Source: an uncultured Bacteroidales bacterium (lineage in GTDB: Bacteria > Bacteroidota > Bacteroidia > Bacteroidales > JAGOPY01). From it: a stretch of 64,000 bases of DNA. Positions 57,127-64,000 of the stretch are shown here, piece by piece (the first letter of the stretch is position 1; each line of letters starts with the position of its first letter). The DNA is taken from the NCBI GenBank assembly GCA_963787195.1, contig CAWBCI010000020.1, forward strand, positions 60,237 to 124,236, written 5' to 3'. The position numbers and the translations under genes were made by a program. The notes below the pieces were generated by a model. That model saw only the letters and a list, made by a program, of their open reading frames with translations. It was not told where the DNA came from and made no database searches.

Positions 57127-58317
57127 TTATAATTTGATTACCTTCTTTACAATCATTTGATCTTCAAGATATATTCGGACAAAATAGATACCTGCCGGCA
57201 ACTCACTTACATCACAACCAATCTCCCCTTTTCCTCTTCTCCCTTTCTCCTCTTCTAAAATCACATTACCAAACAAATCAATTATTTCAAGTTTTAAATT
57301 ATTTTGGATTTTCGAGCTTTTAATTTGGAGCTTATCTAAGCAGGGATTTGGGTGTACTTCAAATATTAATTCCTCAAGACCATCTTCTACGATCCCCGAA
57401 ACCTCACCGTATTTCAACAGCGTTTTGTTGCCACCGGCAACATAGCCATTAGTGGGGGAGGTGAAATGAATAGAGCTTAGAACTTCTGTTGTAAGTCCTT
57501 CTCCAACAATGGCCCAGTTTGTTCCGCCGTCTGTTGTGTGAAGTATAAGACCATCCGGTCCTACAGCCCATCCATCATCTTCATTATAAAAAAACACGCC
57601 AAAAAGAGTTCTGTCCTGGGGATCAGGATTTGTCTGAGTAGTCCAGCTTGCTCCTCCATCTACAGTATATCCTATTACTCCAGCATCCCCTACAACCCAT
57701 CCTTTCTGGTTATCTATAAAGTGAATATCATTAAAGGTTCCTGCTGGGGCTATCTGAGATGTGAAATCAACACCATTGTAATAGTATATACGGTTACCCC
57801 CGGTAGCCCAAACATGATCAACAGAAGGTGCGCTTATTCCTCTTAAAGTTGATGCACTTGGGCAGTTCAAATTAGTTACAGATGTACCGGCAATGCTATA
57901 TACAGTGCCACTACTACCACTGGCATATCCCTGGCTAGTGGAAGGAAAATCTAAATCAGAAAGTGTAACACCTATACTTCCAATGGCCGGCCAGTTTAAC
58001 CCACCATCTGAAGTATAGTAGATTCTTCCATTTAGACCGCCAGCATATGCATAAGTGGTGTCAAATGCACAAACCGCCTGTGTTCCGTACTGGGTCGTCT
58101 GAGTTATGAAAGAAAAACCCCCATCATTCGTTTTAAAGATGTTATTCGTTGTATTTGTAGTTATCCAGCCTTCATTCTCAGAAACAAAAAATACATCTGT
58201 AAAATCAATTATACCGGGGATTATATCGGTATTTATTTTTGTCCAGCCATATTCTTGCGAGAAGGAAAATGGCTGAAGGAAAATGGATAATGTAAAAATG
58301 AGTTGAAGTTTTTTCAA
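57127..58317 (-). CDS. BNR/Asp-box (Ycf48-like) beta-propeller protein with T9SS CTD
   Basis: Asp-boxes TSDGGLNW, TVDGGASW, TTDGGTNW. CTD VHPNPCLDKLQI...LPAGIYFVRI. Confidence 0.7.
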   Translation of the reverse strand: MKKLQLIFTLSIFLQPFSFSQEYGWTKINTDIIPGIIDFTDVFFVSENEGWITTNTTNNIFKTNDGGFSFITQTTQYGTQAVCAFDTTYAYAGGLNGRIYYTSDGGLNWPAIGSIGVTLSDLDFPSTSQGYASGSSGTVYSIAGTSVTNLNCPSASTLRGISAPSVDHVWATGGNRIYYYNGVDFTSQIAPAGTFNDIHFIDNQKGWVVGDAGVIGYTVDGGASWTTQTNPDPQDRTLFGVFFYNEDDGWAVGPDGLILHTTDGGTNWAIVGEGLTTEVLSSIHFTSPTNGYVAGGNKTLLKYGEVSGIVEDGLEELIFEVHPNPCLDKLQIKSSKIQNNLKLEIIDLFGNVILEEEKGRRGKGEIGCDVSELPAGIYFVRIYLEDQMIVKKVIKL

Positions 58318-58323
58318 GGCTTT

Positions 58324-59316
58324 TTATTTTTGGATGATTAGTTTTTGGCTTGAAATTTTATTTTCGGAAATCAAACGGCAGAAATACATCCCACTTTGTA
58401 AACTGCTCACATCTATCTCAATAGTTTCATTTCCTGCCGGAATTTGTTTTTCAATCAAATTTTTTCCATTCAAATCATAAATTATCAAAACTGCCGACTG
58501 CTGACTGAAGACTGAAGACTGAAGACTGACGACTGAACTTGCAGGGTTGGGATATACTTTTACCTGCACATTTTCATTTTCCTGAATTCCGTTAGGGGAA
58601 AGTGAAGCGATGTAAAAATGATAGGAAACAAAAGAGGCATCCTGCAGGTTTTCGAAATCAATGATCAGTGATTTCAATGGGATATCGGGCATAAAGAAGG
58701 CTCCTGCAGCCTCACTTTCATTTAAACCGCCAATGACCAAATTATTATATACCGTGTAATCTTCGGGTGTGTTAAATCCCAGAAGTGCAGCATGAGCAGG
58801 GTCCCACTTGGGCGTATTTATTCCATTGGTGATAAGGTCGGCATCAAAAAGTTCAATCAGCCAATCATCAATATCTTCAACAGCTACCTCGTTGTCATTT
58901 TCATCGATCCCTGAAATCAGGCAATTTTCCACGTCAATGTCCACCACACAAAATCCCCAGCCGGCAGCAGGGGTCTTTTCATCAAAATTGAGGGTGAGTC
59001 TGGATTTCGAGAGTATCGGTTGGCCGACTGTCCCCATGCCATTCGGGTAAATCTGTGTGCGCAGATTTTCTGCATTATTCGCCTGACCGAAGATGTTTTC
59101 GAACTCATTTCCATCGTCAAATACTTCATCGTCAAGTAATTGAACTTCTCCATTTATCGTTCCGGTAGCTACCCATGTAAAATCGGGTAAAAGGGCATTG
59201 GTGAAAGAACCGGTTCCCTGGTTTGTTCCTGTAATTTCGAAATCGGCGAATTCCTGTGCCTGAGGTGAGGTGTAAAAGAAAAAGGCAAATGAGAAAAATA
59301 AAAGTAATTTTTTCAT
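58324..59316 (-). CDS. secreted hypothetical protein with T9SS CTD
   Basis: Signal peptide MKKLLLFFSFAFFFYTSPQAQ (start moved to 59316). CTD VYPNPASSVVSLQ...LQSGMYFCRL. Confidence 0.65.
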   Translation of the reverse strand: MKKLLLFFSFAFFFYTSPQAQEFADFEITGTNQGTGSFTNALLPDFTWVATGTINGEVQLLDDEVFDDGNEFENIFGQANNAENLRTQIYPNGMGTVGQPILSKSRLTLNFDEKTPAAGWGFCVVDIDVENCLISGIDENDNEVAVEDIDDWLIELFDADLITNGINTPKWDPAHAALLGFNTPEDYTVYNNLVIGGLNESEAAGAFFMPDIPLKSLIIDFENLQDASFVSYHFYIASLSPNGIQENENVQVKVYPNPASSVVSLQSSVFSQQSAVLIIYDLNGKNLIEKQIPAGNETIEIDVSSLQSGMYFCRLISENKISSQKLIIQK

Positions 59317-59388
59317 GGTTTTTTGGTTTTTGACCTCACCCCTTTCTCCAACTCTCAAAATTGGAGAAGGCTACTGGAGGAATGGTGA

Positions 59389-59685
59389 TTAAAGTTTTAT
59401 TATTTTTTTAATAATGATTGATTTATGTAATGATATCCTCACAAAATATATCCCTGAAGGCAATTCTCTAATATCGCATTCCATCCCATCCCCCGAAAAT
59501 CCTTTAAACACTTTCACCACCTTCCCAAACATATCCACCACCTCAACTTTATAAGTCTCAACTCCAACTTTGCACTTTGCACTTTGCACTTTGAACTTTG
59601 AGTGGGTGGGATTAGGATAGATCCTTACAAGTGGCAACTTCAGGTTCTGAACACACTCGTGCTGAAATCCACCGTCACCACCCAA
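59389..59685 (-). CDS. T9SS CTD cassette; displaced C-terminus of the 59640..62258 gene
   Basis: RIYPNPTHSKFKVQSAKCKV...LPSGIYFVRISLHKSIIIKKIIKL. It joins ..VTVDFSTSVF after a 1-nt frame change at ~59646-59654. Confidence 0.75.
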   Translation of the reverse strand: MGGDGGFQHECVQNLKLPLVRIYPNPTHSKFKVQSAKCKVGVETYKVEVVDMFGKVVKVFKGFSGDGMECDIRELPSGIYFVRISLHKSIIIKKIIKL

Positions 59686-62258
59686 TTCTTCACCGTCTGG
59701 CCGTTCTCTGAAGTGACCGTATAGGTGAAGGGATTGCTGAAGTTTTGCATGGAGCCGCCCGGGGGATTGATGCCGGCACCCGGGGAAATGAATATTTCAG
59801 GGATTAATTGCGTTAGGTCGGTGCCCTGTTCTACTGCAACATGTACGGTCTGTTCCTCAGTATTAATCTCTGCAGGTTCCACCTGCTGGTCAAGCACGAA
59901 ATCCAGGATGTCGGCGCCACCGGCCGGGAAGCCTTCCAACAGTCCGTAGCGGTAAAGGGAACCGTTGTTGCCGATGGCCCAGGCATGATGCCCGTCCACG
60001 GCAAAGACATCGCTGAGCCAGGCATCCGCGAGATGGTCGACATTGAAATGCACAGTGTCGGCATTGGCATTGGAGGACATCAGGACATCCCCACCGGTGG
60101 TCACCGCCCAGATGGAATCAATATCAAGGGTAAACACGCCCTGTATACTTTGTGCCGTATCTTCATAAAAATGCTGGAACACTCCATTCCTCAGACGCAA
60201 CATTTCACCTCCGTAGCTTAGCCAGGCCTGGTCGGGACTATCGAACTGCACATCTCCGAAGCATGGAAAGTACTGCGCACCTCCGTAAAAGGTCCAGGTG
60301 CCGTCATCATAGATCAATTTCCGTCCGAAGCAGCCTGTTGCCCAGCCATAATGATTGGAACCAAACGAGATGGCGTCCCAGTCCGTGTAAGTGCCGGTAT
60401 TCTGTGGTGCCAGTCCTGTTTCCGTGATCTCAGCGATCCAGCCTTCCACGCAGCCGCACCAGCCCACGGAGCCATCGGGAGAAAAATCAATACTGAGAAT
60501 TTGACCGGGTGATACACCAAAGAAGTTCCAATTTTGGCCCCCATCAGTGGTTTTGCAGAGTAAACCACTCTCACCGCCGGCATAACCTGTTTCGGAGGAC
60601 AACATGTAGATGGCATGATTTGCACCCAATGTTGTCTGAATATCCCATGTTTCCCCACCGTCCGAAGTGTGGTAGATTTCGTTATAAAAGCAACTGTTGG
60701 TGATCCATCCCTCGTCACCGATGAACCAGAGGCTGGAAAGGCAGCCCCCGGCAGCACCGCCAACAGGGAAGAGGTTCTCGCTGATATCCACCCAGCCATA
60801 AGCACGGGTGTATGTGGCGTCGAAGTTGCAGGTTGATGTGCTGTTGTTTAAGGTCACACTGCACGTCAATGGATCGAAGCGGGCGTATTTGTGAGTTGGT
60901 GTGACAGTATAATTCCCGTTTGGAAGATGATTAAATTCATACTCCCCATTAAGATTTGTCCGGATAAAACCGCTGATAGGGCCGTTCAGGTAGACTTCCG
61001 CCCTGGGGTATGGATTGCCATCCAGTGTAATCGTACCGTTGATGGAGGAAGTTGGCAGGGGATTGTTGTCGGTCCGCACTGGCCAGACATGCCAGTCGGC
61101 TGTTTTCAAATATTGCAACCTGTTTCCTCCACCCATCATCCCATCGGTAAACCAGACTATCCAGGCCTGATCAGTCTCATCGGCACGTGTTGTAGAGGTC
61201 CAGTAAGCCAGATCGTAATTGAAACCCATAAGATTGGTAAATGGGTACCCCTCAGGGATAGCAGGCAGCTTCCGGCTCATATCCACAAGGCTGGTCATCT
61301 CGTTGCGGTTGGGCATGCGCCAGTCATTATGCCCAAGATAATTTTCTGAATTCAGCAAAGCGATATAATCCAGTGCATGCTGCCAGTTGATGGCCCCGTC
61401 GACCCACTGGTTGGTATCGAAGTCCGGATCGCGGCTGAGCATGAGGTTAGCATCTTTTGTCCACATAAGCCCCGTGAGCCTGTCGGTGACCGTGTTATTG
61501 TTATTATCCACCAGCCGGGGGGTGGGCCAGGTACTGCCCTCTTTCAGGAAGCCGTCGTCTCCGGGATAAAAGGTATATTGCTGACCTGTCTTAGGGTTTT
61601 CGATCGTTCCCGTGGATGTAGTATTTCGAACAGGGAGGAGGTAGTACTTCCAATAGTTAGAGCCGGTGATATCAGGATCCTTGGCAAAATCCACCGTTTC
61701 ACCCGCAGGGTTGATAATGTTTGAATGGGCATAATGCTCCTTTAGCAGTACACCGATTGCCAGGCTGCGAAGATCTTCAGAAGTGCTTGAGCTCCAGTAA
61801 AGGTCCTGCAGGTTAATAAAAGGATGGTCGGGAGGAAGGGCAATATCCGGGTATTGCAGGTTCACGAGCGACCGCATTTCCAGCAAGTTGGGCACCCGCC
61901 AGTCGTTATGACCCAGGTAATTATCGTTGTTAAGAAACTCGATATAATCGAATGCTGTTTTCCAGTCGATGTCCCCGTCGCCGGGTGTCCGGTCCTGGTC
62001 GAATGAAGGGTTACGGGTAGCGATCAGGTTGGCGTCTTTGGTCCACATCAAGCCCGTGAAGGCATCGGTGATGGAGCCGTCCCCATTATCCGTAAATCGG
62101 TTTGATGGAATGGGCACCCCTTTTTGCAGGTCGCCGTCGTCACCGGGATAAAAACTGGTTAATTGGCCGGTAGCAGGGACTTGAATGATGCCTTGCTGAG
62201 CGAGTGCAAAGTTCAAAGTGCAAAGTGTAAAGAGAAGGAGGATGTTGGATTTTTTCAT
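59640..62258 (-). CDS. large T9SS cargo: 2x DUF1566 (Lcl C-terminal-like) + CarboxypepD_reg-like + Ycf48/BNR-like propeller
   Basis: An internal signal peptide MKKSNILLLFTLCTLNFALAQQ at 62258 marks the true start within the 1434 aa track ORF. DUF1566 motifs GLMWTKDAN...GHNDWRVPN (twice). HTSDGGETW, TTDGGQNW. Confidence 0.75.
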   Translation of the reverse strand: MKKSNILLLFTLCTLNFALAQQGIIQVPATGQLTSFYPGDDGDLQKGVPIPSNRFTDNGDGSITDAFTGLMWTKDANLIATRNPSFDQDRTPGDGDIDWKTAFDYIEFLNNDNYLGHNDWRVPNLLEMRSLVNLQYPDIALPPDHPFINLQDLYWSSSTSEDLRSLAIGVLLKEHYAHSNIINPAGETVDFAKDPDITGSNYWKYYLLPVRNTTSTGTIENPKTGQQYTFYPGDDGFLKEGSTWPTPRLVDNNNNTVTDRLTGLMWTKDANLMLSRDPDFDTNQWVDGAINWQHALDYIALLNSENYLGHNDWRMPNRNEMTSLVDMSRKLPAIPEGYPFTNLMGFNYDLAYWTSTTRADETDQAWIVWFTDGMMGGGNRLQYLKTADWHVWPVRTDNNPLPTSSINGTITLDGNPYPRAEVYLNGPISGFIRTNLNGEYEFNHLPNGNYTVTPTHKYARFDPLTCSVTLNNSTSTCNFDATYTRAYGWVDISENLFPVGGAAGGCLSSLWFIGDEGWITNSCFYNEIYHTSDGGETWDIQTTLGANHAIYMLSSETGYAGGESGLLCKTTDGGQNWNFFGVSPGQILSIDFSPDGSVGWCGCVEGWIAEITETGLAPQNTGTYTDWDAISFGSNHYGWATGCFGRKLIYDDGTWTFYGGAQYFPCFGDVQFDSPDQAWLSYGGEMLRLRNGVFQHFYEDTAQSIQGVFTLDIDSIWAVTTGGDVLMSSNANADTVHFNVDHLADAWLSDVFAVDGHHAWAIGNNGSLYRYGLLEGFPAGGADILDFVLDQQVEPAEINTEEQTVHVAVEQGTDLTQLIPEIFISPGAGINPPGGSMQNFSNPFTYTVTSENGQTVKNWVVTVDFSTSVFRT

Positions 62259-62326
62259 GGTTTGGTTTTTGACCTCACCCCCATCCCTCTCTCCGCAACG
62301 GAGAGGGGATGACTGAGGAGGAGAAT

Positions 62327-64000
62327 TTAAGGTTTTATTATCTTTTTTGTTATGAAATAATTCTGTAATTGAAATCCTCACAAAATATATCCCTGATGGC
62401 AATTCAGCTATATCATATTCCATCCCGTTCCCGGAAACTCCTTCAAAGCCTTTCACCACCTTCCCAAACATATCCACTATATCAACTTTATATCTTCCCA
62501 CACCTTCAACTTTCCACTTTGCACCTTGCACTTTGAACTTACTTTTGGTGGGATTGGGATAGATGACCATTCCTGGAGCCTTTAGTTGCTCGATCTTATT
62601 ATAAAGTGATACTGATATGGCCCAGTTCTCCACTATGCCTCCGTCGGCTGAGGTGACTGTATAAACCACCGGGTCGGTAAAATCCTGGGAATCGCCGCTT
62701 AACGGATTGCATGTTGCCCCGGCTGATAAGAAAAGCTCCGGGATAAGCGATGTCAGATCGGCTTCAGGATCCACTTCAGCATAAACAGTCATATTTTCAC
62801 TATTTATAATGGAAGTCCCAACCTGATCCGAAACAGAAAACCCCAGAATATCGGCACCTTCCGGGGCACCTTCGAGCAGTGTATATTTCAGTAAGGCACC
62901 ATTGCTTCCTGACGCGTAACCGTTTGTGGGGGAAGTAAAGAATACGGCTTGCAGATAATCATTTGTAAGGCCTGCTGCCTGCTGGTACCAGATAGTGTTG
63001 TTTTCGAAAACAGGTGGATCAATGTAAAAAGCATTGCCATTGGGTGAATACCAGATTACTCCGGAGGAACCCACCACCCACACGTCTTTGCCATTTGGTG
63101 AATGCACATCTGTAAAATGATATTGAATGGTATCGTCAGAAGGTTTTAATCTTATACAATTATAAATCCCAATACCGCCACTGCCGTCAATTCCACCGTA
63201 CTCCTTCGATAACCAGCCCAGGGTGTCGTTGTGGAAGTGGATCCCGCCGCTCCCGCCACCCATGGTGCAACAATCCACAATCTCGTTCCCGTCGTAATGC
63301 CATAAGCGGTGAGGAGAAGCGCCAATAAAAGTGTGACCAATAGAGGGGGTGCTTATACGTAGATCAAGATTACTTCCGGTGACGATTTGCGCTACCCCAC
63401 CGGGGTTGATCTCCCAGAAAGAACCATTGGCACCACTGCAAAATCCTGTGGTGGAACCGGGGGGGAATGAAATATCCAGTACCCATTGTCCTGTAAAGCC
63501 GAACAGGGTCCACACATTTCCACCATCGATCGTATGGTATATAATGCCACCTGAACTTCCGGCATAGCCTTCATTTTCATCGAACATAAATATAGCGCTG
63601 CTGTAATCCCCTTCCAGTTGTAACGTCTGTTTTTCAAAGGTCTGCCCCCCGTCGGTTGTATGATAGATGTCTTTGCTGGAGGTTATCCAGCCTTCATCAT
63701 CATTGATGAAAAAGATATCACTTAAACCAGCGCCATAAGAGTCGTCAATCGAGAACAGACTGGAACTGATATCGGTCCAGCCATACGCCCGGATGTAATA
63801 AGCTTCAAAATCACAACTGACCGCTGAGCCGGAAACTGTTACCGTTCTCGACTCAGGGGTAAAAGCGATATTTTCATTTGAGGGTGTAACCATGTATGAA
63901 CCATCCGGAATTCCTGCGAATGAGTACTGGCCATTGGCACCCACTGCAGTGCGTGCATTGACCGGTCCTTCGAGTGTGATTTCGATGCCCTTTTTCGGTA
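62327..64000 (-). CDS. partial T9SS cargo (5' end outside the window): CarboxypepD_reg-like + Ycf48/BNR-like propeller + CTD
   Basis: The frame is open to position 64000. HTTDGGQTF, HTIDGGNVW. CTD VIYPNPTKSKFKVQGAKWKV...SGIYFVRI. The genuine end ..HNKKIIKP* (stop 62327-62329) is reached only if one base of the T-run at 62343-62348 is removed. Confidence 0.7.

Noticed and set aside
59640-63944. 1434 aa track ORF as one giant protein
   Set aside because: It contains a complete T9SS CTD followed by an intergenic-like stretch and a new signal peptide (MKKSNILLLFTLCTLNFALAQQ at 62258). A single extra base in the T-run at 62343-62348 removes the first gene's stop (..KKIIKP*). These are two genes.

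Overview
This is a Bacteroidota-type chromosomal segment, judged from T9SS C-terminal sorting domains, a flexirubin-type pigment cluster and TAnnTTTG promoter boxes. Almost all genes are on the minus strand.

**Layout**
- **(1) 1-29400:** a flexirubin / aryl-polyene-dialkylresorcinol cluster. It encodes a tyrosine/histidine ammonia-lyase, FabG, four KS/CLF genes, two ACPs, hotdog dehydratases, DarA/DarB, an LpxL-like acyltransferase, a thioesterase, LolA-like and DUF2141 proteins, a deacetylase, GT2-DUF2062, a trifunctional MMPL-acyltransferase-methyltransferase gene, a CrtI-like oxidoreductase, and an ABC exporter with a BtrH-like protein.
- **15938-18357:** the cluster is split by a 2.4 kb tandem array of ~395 bp units. 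The units are built from nested REP-like hairpins, and one unit carries a RAYT/IS200-like Y1 transposase gene.
- **(2) 29700-33700:** a broken nudC, an AT-rich island and palindromic repeat elements.
- **(3) 33714-45982:** a 13-gene Mrp + NuoHBCD(I) cluster colinear with archaeal Mbx/MBS.
  - The large subunit has lost the NiFe cysteines.
  - The NuoI-like subunit is fused to a GltD/NfnB-like NAD(P)H flavoprotein.
  - A rubrerythrin-like gene lies downstream and a divergent FNR-type regulator upstream.
  - This is the most interesting system in the window.
- **(4) 46000-54400:** a second AT-rich island, a second Y1 transposase with hairpin arrays, and housekeeping-type genes (Zn peptidase, PEBP, YcaQ-like, tetraheme cytochrome c).
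- **(5) 54488-64000:** six secreted or T9SS-cargo genes sharing a recombining CTD cassette.

**Window-wide signals**
- Heptanucleotide tandem repeats occur in many places, both intergenic and inside the CTD coding regions.
- About 10 single-nucleotide frameshifts break otherwise intact genes. Most sit at short homopolymers, so they are probably assembly errors.

No rRNA, tRNA or CRISPR was seen.
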